DNA of 64,000 bases from Meyerozyma guilliermondii. Its lineage: Eukaryota. The notes under the pieces are model-generated. The model saw nothing but the letters and a program-made list of their open reading frames with translations. It was not told where the DNA came from and did not search any database. Shown here in pieces: positions 31,465 to 41,318 of this stretch (its first letter is position 1; each line of letters opens with the position of its first letter). Location of the stretch: contig CP128816.1 of NCBI GenBank assembly GCA_051546255.1, positions 1,674,001-1,738,000 of the forward strand, given 5' to 3'. Made by a program: the position numbers and the translations under genes.

Positions 31465-32628
31465 ATGGATTTGGGACTGATCTCTTCATTGATAGAGCTG
31501 TTGCGGAAAGCAGAATCTCCGGTAAAGAGCTCGATCTGTGCCATTGGTACCAAGGCGGCACTTCAATTCAAAAAAAAGTGGGTTGAAGATGCAATTATCG
31601 ATGAAGAATATGATGATTTGAAACTAAGAATCAACTGTATGGAGAAAAATTTGAAAGAATTGGTCAGACACATTGATGCGTATTGTATCAATTTCGACGA
31701 ATTGTTGCAAACATCGAGGAAGATAGGTGAATCAGCTAAAGCTGTGTTTGATCCGTATCACAGTTTGTCCAAGTCAACTCTAACTAAACTAGGTGAATAT
31801 CAGTCTATCGAGAGGTCCTCCCTCTTTCTGTCTCAAACTAAGTGCCTTCAATTTGGCAATGGATATGCCCTGTGGGCCCGCTCTTCTGATCTTGCTGATA
31901 TTAGTGAGCGAATCCACAAACGTAATCAAAAAGAACTTGATTTTGTTCGGGAAGTTGTTACTACTAAAGCACTGGAAGCACAAAAATATATTGACAGCAT
32001 AGGCAAAACCATGAAAAACCGCCAGTCAATTCTCACTCAGTACAGTAGAACCACATTTGAATTGAATGACTTGCTTAAGAAGAAGGAGGCCAACCAGCTC
32101 AGTCTAAAGCAATCGCAACAGCTTTTCAGTCAAGAAAGGAAAGCTGAAATGCTACTTCAAGACTACGAGGCTGTCAACTTCACCCTAAAGTCGACAATGC
32201 CAAAACTTCTTCAGCTTAATGATGAGCTTACGACAACATTGCAACAAATGGTATATTATCTTCAGTTGACTATCTTCTATCAAGTCGATTTGCAGTTGAC
32301 AAGCCTAGAAGAAGTGTTCAAGGTTACAAACGGCGACAGTGATCCGCAGGTTGGTCTCTCCACATTGACAAGGGAAATTGATGGTTTTAAAATTGTCAAT
32401 CGATATCTGAATGCAAAATCTTCGGCGTCTCCAGATAAGAAAGATCAATCAACGGAAGTATGCATTGCACTCTATGATTTTGAGGCTCAACAAGATGGTG
32501 ATCTTACAATCAAGAAGGGCGACCGAGTCAAGCTCCTTGACAAGGGTAAGGGATGGTGGAAAGGAGAGCTTGATGGTAAAGTTGGACTTTTTCCTCATAA
32601 TTACGTGAAGCTCGTCGCCAGCTCCTGA
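31465..32628 (+). CDS. BAR-domain plus C-terminal SH3 protein, divergent Rvs167 paralogue
   Basis: ATG at 31465. Helical BAR-like body (DEEYDDL...YEAVNFTLKSTMPKL) and SH3 (ALYDFEAQQDGDLTIKKGD...WWKGE...GLFPHNYV). Confidence 0.8.
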   Translation: MDLGLISSLIELLRKAESPVKSSICAIGTKAALQFKKKWVEDAIIDEEYDDLKLRINCMEKNLKELVRHIDAYCINFDELLQTSRKIGESAKAVFDPYHSLSKSTLTKLGEYQSIERSSLFLSQTKCLQFGNGYALWARSSDLADISERIHKRNQKELDFVREVVTTKALEAQKYIDSIGKTMKNRQSILTQYSRTTFELNDLLKKKEANQLSLKQSQQLFSQERKAEMLLQDYEAVNFTLKSTMPKLLQLNDELTTTLQQMVYYLQLTIFYQVDLQLTSLEEVFKVTNGDSDPQVGLSTLTREIDGFKIVNRYLNAKSSASPDKKDQSTEVCIALYDFEAQQDGDLTIKKGDRVKLLDKGKGWWKGELDGKVGLFPHNYVKLVASS

Positions 32629-32634
32629 AGGATA

Positions 32635-34074
32635 TCACGAATCGTTCGACAACTCTAGGTATGAAGATTCCCACTTTCTAGCACACATTCCACTGCAAAA
32701 TTCACGCTTTATTGGAATGTCTTTATTTTGCAAGATATCCCACCATTCATATGCTTCAGCCGCAGGATCGACCACTATCAAATCACATTCACTACATGTT
32801 TCCTCATACTGTCCCCTCGATATAGCCTTAGTAAGTAATGAATGATGTATATGAGGAGTATTCTTTTTCCATACTTTGGTCTCATGGTAAGACACATCGT
32901 ACTTGGCGATGGTATTTAAGCAAAAAGTTCTCAAAGTAGGAATCAGCGATTTGTTCTTGAGGTAACGCACTGGTGTGACGTACTTGATCATCTTGACGGG
33001 GTTAAGGGTAGAAGTAGTTATGGAAATAGCATCCTCGGGTATTTTGATATATGGATTTGGGCCAGCACGAAATGTGTGTAGGTTTTCGAGCTCCAATATT
33101 TGTCGAGGGAGGAAAGATAGTCTGTTGGTACCGAGGTATAAGTCAGTGAGGTTCTTGAGTCGTTTCACCAATGGGGGAATGCTATGTATCTTGTTTTGAC
33201 GTAGACCGAGGACATTAAGCCTACGAAAGTCAAATAATGCTGGGGGTAGGAACGTTATTGAGTTGTTTGTGAGGTAAAGCTGAAATGAGATTTGTGTGGT
33301 GGGTTCGGAATTAAAGATAACCAAGTTATCAAAGTCTTTGATTTCCTCAGGTATATCAACAAGATTCATACTTTCGAGATTTATTGTGGTATTGATGTCT
33401 TCGAAGCAAGCCATTATGATGTCGCGTGCCCTATCATGGGAGTTCCTTCTCAATTCTAGTGCTGCTTCGTCTGCTTCACTTGATTGGAACTGTTGAATTG
33501 AAGGGTTTTTGAACCTATTGAAGCGATCAATACCAAAATCGGCATCCGAACTGAGGTTTCGTGCTTTCAGTGGTGACTGGCTCATTCTCGCCCAATACTG
33601 ATCATCTCGGTGCTCCCTACTGGGTGAGCTAGGAAGAATGGGATCGGTACCTGTGGTCATATCCAAGTCGGAACCAAAGTTATCAAGGGGCTCAATTGGA
33701 GGGCTACTTGGAAGAAATGTGGATGGAACCTTTGTTGGGCGCTTGAAAACTCTTTTTGGAACCTGGTTCCCTTCCAGATATTCATCTATCTCGTCCACCA
33801 TAGTTGTTTCGCTCCCTTCCATTTCTTCCAGATCATTTATATCCCGTCTTTTCACATCATCCTTTTCATTGAAACTGGCTCCCATCTTTCTTTTCAACAT
33901 TGGGATCGAAACATGCTCGGGAAGTTCCCGCCTCACCCTGTTACTTGTTCTTGTGTGATACATACTCGTGGCATTTTCGTCAATTATGGCCCTATCTCGT
34001 GGTTCTGTATTGAGTGGTACCTCCTCAGAAACCGAGGAAGTGTATGCAAAAGGAAGGAGTGACCTTTGGCTCAT
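32635..34074 (-). CDS. Leucine-rich-repeat protein of unknown function
   Basis: LRRs (LYLTNNSITFLP, LGLRQNKIHSIP, LYLGTNRLSFLP), disordered N-terminus and a C-terminal CxxC...FCSxxC. First ATG is at 34074. Confidence 0.8.
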   Translation of the reverse strand: MSQRSLLPFAYTSSVSEEVPLNTEPRDRAIIDENATSMYHTRTSNRVRRELPEHVSIPMLKRKMGASFNEKDDVKRRDINDLEEMEGSETTMVDEIDEYLEGNQVPKRVFKRPTKVPSTFLPSSPPIEPLDNFGSDLDMTTGTDPILPSSPSREHRDDQYWARMSQSPLKARNLSSDADFGIDRFNRFKNPSIQQFQSSEADEAALELRRNSHDRARDIIMACFEDINTTINLESMNLVDIPEEIKDFDNLVIFNSEPTTQISFQLYLTNNSITFLPPALFDFRRLNVLGLRQNKIHSIPPLVKRLKNLTDLYLGTNRLSFLPRQILELENLHTFRAGPNPYIKIPEDAISITTSTLNPVKMIKYVTPVRYLKNKSLIPTLRTFCLNTIAKYDVSYHETKVWKKNTPHIHHSLLTKAISRGQYEETCSECDLIVVDPAAEAYEWWDILQNKDIPIKREFCSGMCARKWESSYLELSNDS

Positions 34075-34141
34075 AAGGTGTGGAAGCAAGTAATATCGAA
34101 GACGTGTTTTTCACCAAGCCCGGATCGGCCGCACAAGACTT

Positions 34142-34149
34142 AAAAAAAA
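34142..34149 (-). terminator. Pol III oligo-T terminator of the tRNA-Gln gene
   Basis: A8 run on the + strand (T8 on -) one base after the tRNA 3' end. Confidence 0.85.
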
Positions 34150-34150
34150 T

Positions 34151-34222
34151 AGGTCGTACCCGGATTCGAACCGGGGTTGTTCGGATCAAAACCGAAAGTG
34201 ATAACCACTACACTATACAACC
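34151..34222 (-). tRNA. tRNA-Gln(UUG), intronless
   Basis: Minus strand reads GGTTGTATAGTGTAGTGGTTATCACTTTCGGTTTTGATCCGAACAACCCCGGTTCGAATCCGGGTACGACCT: 72-nt cloverleaf, anticodon TTG, B box GGTTCGAATCC. Confidence 0.97.
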
Positions 34223-34386
34223 GAATTGTGTTTACTCTACTGGACCTGGTATTCAAGAGCGATCATTTGGGACCACCGCAGTTGTGCTCAACTTGATGAA
34301 CTGATGTAGGCAACCTTTGTTGAAATATGTATTATGATTGAGCGTACTCTGACTTACTCTTAAATTTCCTATATTACACTTGTTGG

Positions 34387-37050
34387 CTACTTTTTCTTTT
34401 TTGCAACCATTTCCAACTCTTTTGAAGAGTAGTAATGTGGGGCTGCTTCCCGGAGCCATTCGTCATCGATGGTCATGCAGTTTCTCATGAACTCCTTACT
34501 GGTCAAGACAAGTTCATGGTATAATATAAGCTTGGGAGGTGGCTTTAGCTTGTATACAACGGATGAGGGATGTATACTTACCGTTTGATTCTTTTTTATA
34601 GTCTTGAAAGAATCTCCCATTTTTGACAAACGAGCAACATTTGTGAAAAATCCAGAAACTATAGCCTTTTGGATACGTAATGTTTGCTCTTCTGGTGCTA
34701 GATCCACAGGCTCGTCAGACTCGTCGAACATCCCGGCATGATAGCATAAACGCTCTAATTGTTCTCTGACTTCTTTTGTTCTTTTGAGAGTTTTGTATTG
34801 CACAAAGTTGTCCTGACACCATTGATTAGAGTATCCAGTATCTTTCCATTGATTCCACAAATTAAGCAACATCAAATGATCCCCTTGGGGCTCCGCAAAA
34901 CTTTCCTTTCTTGAATCAGCCTGCTCCTTTTTGTCTTTTGGCCTATAAAAAAGGTTAGAGCTTTCGCCCAAGATGGCCACCACCGAGAGTATCTGGCTAA
35001 TTACCTTGAGATCTGAGCCAGTTATGAGACTCTTGGTAAACTTGGGACTTATAGGAAACTTTGCCATTAATCTTCCTGTCTTAGTTAAAGAGCCAGAGGA
35101 ATTGAGAGCTCCAAGTGCATACAACAATTCAAGCGACTTGATAAGTGCATTCGAACTGGGAGGGTCCATGAAATCAAAGTTGACTAGATCGGTAATTCCC
35201 AACGACAAGAGCAAAAGAACGATTTGAGTCAAGTCTGCTCTTAAAATCTCCGGCGTGGGGTTTAGTTGAAGCTCATTATCAAACGACCATTTGGTGTAAA
35301 GCCGAAAGCATTTTCCAGGCCCTACTCTTCCAGCTCTACCAGCTCGTTGGTTTGCCGAAGCGCGAGAACATGGAACAACCACCAACGACTCCATACCTGT
35401 AGCAGGATTGAATACGTTTTCCTTGACATATCCGGGATCTATGACGTACGAAATACCATCGATGGTAATGGAAGTTTCGGCAATATTCGTTGCAAGAACC
35501 ACTTTACGGCAGTCTGGAGGGGTGGGCTCAAAGATCTTGCTTTGGAGCTCAGAGGGTAAGTTGGCATAAATGGGACAGACAATTAATTTTTTTATCAGCG
35601 AGCCTAGTCGCTCGCATGCTTCATCGATGCTCTCTTGCATAGTTTCAATCTCATCTTGGCCCGTCAAAAACACAAGAATATCACCAGGACCCTGTGTTGT
35701 GTGGATCTGGAACACAGTTGTCATGGCCGCTTGGATATAATTTGCTTCTGGGCTCTTTGTAAAGTGGATATCCACGGGGAAGCGACGACCAGGAACATTA
35801 AAAATAGGCGCATTGTCGAAGAATTGGGAAAACTTTTCGGCATTAATTGTAGCAGAAGCCACAATGACTTTGAGATTTTTTCTGACTTTTGTTATATCTT
35901 TCAACAAACTCAAAATCACCTCAGTGGAAATTGTTCTTTCGTGGGCTTCATCGATCATCAACGCACTATAAGAAGAAAGCTCAGGATCCGTCATAAACTC
36001 ACGTAGGAGCATACCATCTGTCAAGTACTGAAGTACTGTTTTCTCACTTGTAAGAGCTTCAAATCTCATACTGTAACCAACCTCTTCTCCAAGACGAGCA
36101 CCCATTTCCTCAGCCACTCTTTTGGCAACAGACATAGCTGCAACTCTTCTTGGTTGAGTACACCCAACTTTCAATATCTTTCCATCTTTCAGCGTATAAC
36201 CTGCTTCATGAAGATACTGTGGGAGCTGGGTTGTTTTACCCGAACCTGTCTCTCCAACAACAACTATAATTTGATTAGCTTCCACGAGATCGAGAAACTC
36301 TTTTCTATAACGATATACTGGTAAGGATTTGCGGACCTCCAGAATGGTATCTGGTACACCACTTGGTTCAGAAACCTCGTCAGAACCAGGATCGTCAACT
36401 TCTATATCACCAAAATCGACATGCTGAGAACGATCAAATACGTATTCATAATTGTCATTGTCTGCAACTTGAATTGAATCGCCAGCTCCCACCATTTGCT
36501 GCGCTCTCTCTAGTTGTTTAGACTCCCATTCGTTGTCGTATTTGTTACGTTTCTGAGGATGAACATACGATTCATCGTAGCCAGACTTGGCATGCAATGC
36601 TTCGTTGGTTCGCTTTGCGTCTAGTCGTCCATTATCGTCAATGTAGCTTGCTGGCATGTTATAAGCCTGAACCGGCTCGGCATCATCAAGCTCTAGTAAT
36701 ATTTCAAGGGTACGTTTCTTCTTCTTGTATTCTTTCTCTTCGTAAGCTGAAAGGCGTTTCGTTTCATAAATCTCAATTTCCTGCTTGAGCTCTTCAATTT
36801 TGGCAGCACGTCTCTGAACAAGATAGCGGCGCCTGGAAGCTTCACGTTGCAGTGCTGACTTTGGTTCACTTTGAAAAGTCACTCCAGGATTTGGTTTCGA
36901 TGAAGTATCTTGTTCCTCGTTATTCTTCTCTAAACTATCTTGTTCCTCATTAGTCTTCCCTGAACTATCTTGCTCCTCTTTATTCCTCTCCTCATCTTCC
37001 CAGCTTCCTCGTTTCCTCCTCGTCGCCTGCCCCGTCTGTATATTATCCAT
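34387..37050 (-). CDS. PRP2: DEAH-box pre-mRNA splicing helicase Prp2/DHX16
   Basis: GETGSGKTTQLPQYLHEAGY, TQPRRVAAMSVA, DEAHERT, SAT, PIYANLPSELQ and QRAGRAGR. Confidence 0.88.
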   Translation of the reverse strand: MDNIQTGQATRRKRGSWEDEERNKEEQDSSGKTNEEQDSLEKNNEEQDTSSKPNPGVTFQSEPKSALQREASRRRYLVQRRAAKIEELKQEIEIYETKRLSAYEEKEYKKKKRTLEILLELDDAEPVQAYNMPASYIDDNGRLDAKRTNEALHAKSGYDESYVHPQKRNKYDNEWESKQLERAQQMVGAGDSIQVADNDNYEYVFDRSQHVDFGDIEVDDPGSDEVSEPSGVPDTILEVRKSLPVYRYRKEFLDLVEANQIIVVVGETGSGKTTQLPQYLHEAGYTLKDGKILKVGCTQPRRVAAMSVAKRVAEEMGARLGEEVGYSMRFEALTSEKTVLQYLTDGMLLREFMTDPELSSYSALMIDEAHERTISTEVILSLLKDITKVRKNLKVIVASATINAEKFSQFFDNAPIFNVPGRRFPVDIHFTKSPEANYIQAAMTTVFQIHTTQGPGDILVFLTGQDEIETMQESIDEACERLGSLIKKLIVCPIYANLPSELQSKIFEPTPPDCRKVVLATNIAETSITIDGISYVIDPGYVKENVFNPATGMESLVVVPCSRASANQRAGRAGRVGPGKCFRLYTKWSFDNELQLNPTPEILRADLTQIVLLLLSLGITDLVNFDFMDPPSSNALIKSLELLYALGALNSSGSLTKTGRLMAKFPISPKFTKSLITGSDLKVISQILSVVAILGESSNLFYRPKDKKEQADSRKESFAEPQGDHLMLLNLWNQWKDTGYSNQWCQDNFVQYKTLKRTKEVREQLERLCYHAGMFDESDEPVDLAPEEQTLRIQKAIVSGFFTNVARLSKMGDSFKTIKKNQTVSIHPSSVVYKLKPPPKLILYHELVLTSKEFMRNCMTIDDEWLREAAPHYYSSKELEMVAKKKK
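36901..36990 (-). repeat. Coding 30-nt tandem repeat x3 in the Prp2 N-terminus (EEQD[ST] units)
   Basis: Three imperfect 30-mers sharing TATCTTG(T/C)TCCTC on the + strand. Protein reads EEQDSSGKTN EEQDSLEKNN EEQDTSSKPN. Confidence 0.85.
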
Positions 37051-37136
37051 AGCTACACTCGAGTTGTCGCGCTCATCTCATCACCGGTCGTGCGTCTCTT
37101 ATCTCACCTCTTCGCATCTTGCACAATCATCTCGAG

Positions 37137-38609
37137 ATGGCCTCTAAGATCCCCTCTAGAATCATTCCTCTGAAGAACGATTCCTTCTTCAGTCCAGGAC
37201 CCGAGGAAAGAGAAAAGGGAGCGTACATTCCTCCATGGACAGAACCGTACATTATTGGCGTGGCAGGTAATTCAGGCTCGGGAAAGACATCGGTGTCACA
37301 ACGAATCATTCAGGAATTGAACCAGCCTTGGACTGTGATTCTCTCCTTTGACAACTTCTACAAGGATTTGAATCCCGAGGAACGTGAAAGAGCATTTAAA
37401 AACCAATATGACTTCGATGAGCCAGCATCGTTCGATCTCGATTCTTTGGTAGAGACGGTGAAGTCACTCAGAGCCGGCAAAAAGACACAGATTCCGGTGT
37501 ATTCGTTCAAAAACCATGCAAGAACAAAGAAGGTGACGACAATCTACGGTGCAAATGTCATTATCATCGAAGGTATAATGGCTCTTTACGATTCTCGACT
37601 CACCGATCTTATGGATCTTAAAGTGTATGTCGATACCGATTTGGATGTTTGCCTAGCGCGGCGGCTCACGAGAGATACATTGTTTCGTGGGAGAGACCCT
37701 AGTGGAGTCATGGATCAATGGGAAGGTTTTGTCAAGCCCAATGCAGTTAGATATGTCAACCCTACCATGAACCAAGCCGATATAATTATTCCAAGAGGAT
37801 TGGAAAATACAAAGGCAATTGATCTCATGATTCAGCATGTTCAGAAACAGCTTGGAAAGAAATCTGTGTTGCATTTGCAGCGGTTGACGGAGTTGGGAAT
37901 CAAGCAAGAATTTAACCTTGAAAAACACCCAAATGTCAAATTGATACCAAATAATAACCACACCTTGGGTATCAATTCCATTTTATTTAATGTTGAAACA
38001 GAGAGAACAGACTTTATTTTCTACTTTGAACGAATTTCCATCCTCATCATCGAAGCTGCGTTGGATGACTTGACTGCTTATGAACCAAAGGAAGTCACCA
38101 CTGCTACCAACTACAAATTCAATGGAATCAAGCACATTGGTGAGGTGGTAGCCGTCAACATTATTCGACTGGGGGACTGTTTTATGACTGCTATCAAAAA
38201 GACATTTCCCGAAATTTCCATTGGAAAATTGTTAATTCAGTCTGATTCTCTTACAGGAGAACCTCAATTGCATACGGAATCATTACCTAAAGACCTATAC
38301 AAGATAAGCAATGGCCGGGTATTATTGTGTGATGCCCAGGTGATTAGTGGGGCAGCAGCGATTATGGCAATTCAAGTACTTATTGACCACCAGGTACCTC
38401 AAGAAAACATTATTCTTTGTACCTACTTGTGTACTGAGTTAGGAATGCGGAGAATATTACGAGTTTTCCCCGGAATTAACATGGTAATTGGCAAATTGAG
38501 TGAATTGGATATGGGTGAAACACCAAAGGATTATAATCCAGAAGGATTCAAGGATATCCATAGACCATTCAGAAAGAGATGGATCGACAAGGTTTATTTT
38601 GGAACATGA
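37137..38609 (+). CDS. URK1: Uridine/cytidine kinase with C-terminal UPRTase-like domain
   Basis: PPWTEPYIIGVAGNSGSGKTS, DNFY, IIIEGI, RRLTRD and IGKLLIQ. ATG is at 37137. Confidence 0.95.
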   Translation: MASKIPSRIIPLKNDSFFSPGPEEREKGAYIPPWTEPYIIGVAGNSGSGKTSVSQRIIQELNQPWTVILSFDNFYKDLNPEERERAFKNQYDFDEPASFDLDSLVETVKSLRAGKKTQIPVYSFKNHARTKKVTTIYGANVIIIEGIMALYDSRLTDLMDLKVYVDTDLDVCLARRLTRDTLFRGRDPSGVMDQWEGFVKPNAVRYVNPTMNQADIIIPRGLENTKAIDLMIQHVQKQLGKKSVLHLQRLTELGIKQEFNLEKHPNVKLIPNNNHTLGINSILFNVETERTDFIFYFERISILIIEAALDDLTAYEPKEVTTATNYKFNGIKHIGEVVAVNIIRLGDCFMTAIKKTFPEISIGKLLIQSDSLTGEPQLHTESLPKDLYKISNGRVLLCDAQVISGAAAIMAIQVLIDHQVPQENIILCTYLCTELGMRRILRVFPGINMVIGKLSELDMGETPKDYNPEGFKDIHRPFRKRWIDKVYFGT

Positions 38610-38614
38610 AGGTA

Positions 38615-38959
38615 TTACGTGCTTCTCGGTGGAGAAAATCGAAGAGCCACTGAGTGTCGCCTTTGGTGATGATTGTGTTGAGGAGACAAACGGTTGCAAT
38701 CAGGAGGTGAGTTGAACCCGTCAAACTCACATATGGAATATCTTCGCTGGTGTTCATTACTTTGGTCTTTTGCAGAGTGTTCTTCGTGGTCTTGTACACT
38801 AAGTGAAGGGCATGAAGAACGTCGATATATAGTGGTATTCAACTGAATATTTTCAGCTTTTGGAGATGATTCAGAAGAGTCGACTAAGAAGGCATTGGCA
38901 GGACATTTAGGGTCACTGGGTTCATCTATTTCCACTGCGAGACTGAATTTGCGAGACAT
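38615..38959 (-). CDS. Small low-complexity protein (114 aa) with RRxS motifs; C-terminus resembles S. cerevisiae Ynr014w/Ymr206w
   Basis: ATG at 38959 (MSRKFS). RRSS, RRYS and HHHQRRHSVALRF motifs. Confidence 0.6.
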   Translation of the reverse strand: MSRKFSLAVEIDEPSDPKCPANAFLVDSSESSPKAENIQLNTTIYRRSSCPSLSVQDHEEHSAKDQSNEHQRRYSICEFDGFNSPPDCNRLSPQHNHHQRRHSVALRFSPPRST

Positions 38960-39255
38960 AATATTTAAGGTGTGAAAATCTTGTAGAGTATAATTTGAAA
39001 AAATATCCACATTTTATAATCCTGCAACGTAAAGTATTAGGAGGATTAATTGCGCCCTGCAGGGGGCGTATCATCTCCGCATCAAAATCATGTTATCACT
39101 GTAGAGGCATGCAGGCTAAGTACGTTTTGAGCGACGCGATGTGCAGCATTCCCTTTGCCATGATTGCTGAACGCGAAAATTTAACGTACTGGGGATGACG
39201 TTGGAGCAATCTAGCATGAAAGATAAACAAACACCAAGTCGTCATGATTCTTGCG

Positions 39256-39397
39256 TTGCTGCTCTAAGAACAAAATTTTCATTGTTGACTAATAACTCTG
39301 CTTGCTGCAAATCTTGCTGCGAAAACGTTGCTGCATGATCAAAATAATGCAAATATGCAGCAAATATGCAGCAAGAATGCAAACGAGGATGCAGCAA
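39256..39397. repeat. Inverted array of TTGCTGC (x4) and GCAGCAA (x3), including a tandem 11-mer GCAAATATGCA
   Basis: TTGCTGC at 39256, 39302, 39314 and 39328; GCAGCAA at 39357, 39368 and 39391; three 11-mers at 39349-39381 (the third is imperfect). Confidence 0.8.
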
Positions 39398-39770
39398 CAA
39401 TTAAATGATGCAACAACAGATCATTCCACACAAATGGCTGCAAATCCCATCTTTTCATGCGCAAATCATGGTGTCGATCTCACACTCCTATTTTTTCGAT
39501 TATAAATCTGGGGTAACTCCGCATGCGCCTCTTTGCTTTAAACGGCATCATACTGCAAATAGTATGTAATCGTGTCATCACATACCGAAAAAGTAACCAT
39601 GCCATTCACACTCATTAGAAAACTCATTCACCCCACATTCATCACATATCTTCGCACACTTCTGCCTACACGGCGCTCTTGACTCTGTTCGCTGCCGCAC
39701 CCCAAACCTCTCCGGCATTTAATTCCCGTTCGCGAACTTAAAGATAACAGCTGAGTCGGCATTTAGGGTA

Positions 39771-41279
39771 ATGAGAACTGTTCGTGGAGCTACGAATCTA
39801 GTAACCAAAGTTTTCCAGAGATGCATTTCGTTCAAACCGGCACCTCCACTTCATGCTAAGGATTTGAACCAGCTGACTTTGGAAGCGAAATATGCCGTTC
39901 GTGGAAAGATTCCCATTCGTGCCGATGAACTTCGGTCCAAATTGGAACAGGATCCTCAGAGCTTTACGTTTGATCGTATAATTAGTGCTAACATCGGTAA
40001 TCCACAACAGCTAGACCAAAAACCATTGACGTGGTACCGCCAAGTATTGTCTATTCTTCAATATCCTAAATTGCTCGAAGTGGACAACTTCTTCCCCGCA
40101 GATGTTGTTGAGAGGGCTAAGTCGATTCTCAACAGTGTGGGTTCTGTGGGAGCATATTCTCACTCACAAGGTGACCCCCATATTCGTGAATCAGTCGCCG
40201 AGTTTATTTCCAAGCGGGATGGCTTCAAATCTAATCCCGATAACATCTTCTTGACCGCCGGTGCGTCAGCGGCTGTATCTTATTTACTCGACATCTTGTC
40301 TACGAGTGAAAAATCGGGATTTTTGATTCCAATTCCTCAGTATCCGCTTTATACTGCTACCATTGCCTTGAATAATGCGGTTCCTGTGGGATACTTTCTT
40401 AATGAAGACCAGAATTGGGCCACTGATCCGGCTCAAATTAGAGACTTGATTCAACAAAACAAGGAAAAAGGTATACACATAAAAGCATTGGTGGTGATCA
40501 ACCCGGGAAATCCAACCGGTGCCATACTCTCCAAAGAAGATATTTCTGAACTCATCAATATTGCTGCTGAACATGGCATCGTTTTGATTGCCGATGAAGT
40601 GTACCAAAATAATGTCTTTGAGAGAGAATTCATATCTGTCAGAAAGGTGCTCTACGAAATGCGTCAATCTAATCCTGAATTGTACGAAAATGTTCAAGTT
40701 GCTTCTTTACACTCCACTTCTAAAGGTGTTAGTGGTGAGTGTGGTCAAAGAGGAGGATACATGGAACTTGTTGGATTTACCAAGGAAGTTAAAGATGTCG
40801 TTTTCAAGTTGGCTTCCATCAACTTGTGTTCTGTCGTTTCAGGTCAGGCTTTAGTAGAACTTATGGTCAATCCTCCAAAGAAAGGTGACCCATCTTACGA
40901 ACTTTACCACAAGGAAACCTCTGGAATCCACAACGACTTGAGAGAAAGATCGCAAAAATTGCATGCTGCCTTCAACAACATGGAAGACATCACTTGTAAC
41001 AAACCAATGGGAGCAATGTATCTTTTCCCAAAGTTGAACTTTAGCCAAGAGAAGTATGAAAAGCTTTTTCAAAAAGCTCACGAAATGGAGCTTACAGTGG
41101 ATGAACTTTACTGCACAGCATTGTTAGAGAAGACTGGAATTTGCTGCATTCCAGGAAATGGCTTTGGACAAGTCCAGGGCACGTATCACCTCAGAACTAC
41201 ATTTTTGGCACCAGGAAACGACTGGATAGAAAATTGGTCCAAATTTCATAAAGAGTTCGTAAAGACTTACACCCAGTAA
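39771..41279 (+). CDS. ALT1: Alanine aminotransferase, probably mitochondrial
   Basis: YAVRG, ANIGNPQ, PIPQYPLY, INPGNPTG, ADEVYQ and the PLP lysine motif HSTSKG..GECG.RGG. Basic N-terminal presequence. Confidence 0.95.
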   Translation: MRTVRGATNLVTKVFQRCISFKPAPPLHAKDLNQLTLEAKYAVRGKIPIRADELRSKLEQDPQSFTFDRIISANIGNPQQLDQKPLTWYRQVLSILQYPKLLEVDNFFPADVVERAKSILNSVGSVGAYSHSQGDPHIRESVAEFISKRDGFKSNPDNIFLTAGASAAVSYLLDILSTSEKSGFLIPIPQYPLYTATIALNNAVPVGYFLNEDQNWATDPAQIRDLIQQNKEKGIHIKALVVINPGNPTGAILSKEDISELINIAAEHGIVLIADEVYQNNVFEREFISVRKVLYEMRQSNPELYENVQVASLHSTSKGVSGECGQRGGYMELVGFTKEVKDVVFKLASINLCSVVSGQALVELMVNPPKKGDPSYELYHKETSGIHNDLRERSQKLHAAFNNMEDITCNKPMGAMYLFPKLNFSQEKYEKLFQKAHEMELTVDELYCTALLEKTGICCIPGNGFGQVQGTYHLRTTFLAPGNDWIENWSKFHKEFVKTYTQ

Positions 41280-41318
41280 AGGTGCTGTTATTTATATGTA
41301 TGGGTGTAGATAATGCAA

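Noticed and set aside
34080..34304. 74-aa ORF overlapping the tRNA gene
   Set aside because: It lies antisense to tRNA-Gln and is spurious.
39302..39505. 67-aa Q/M-rich ORF
   Set aside because: It is a by-product of the TGCAGCAA repeat array and has a non-ATG start.
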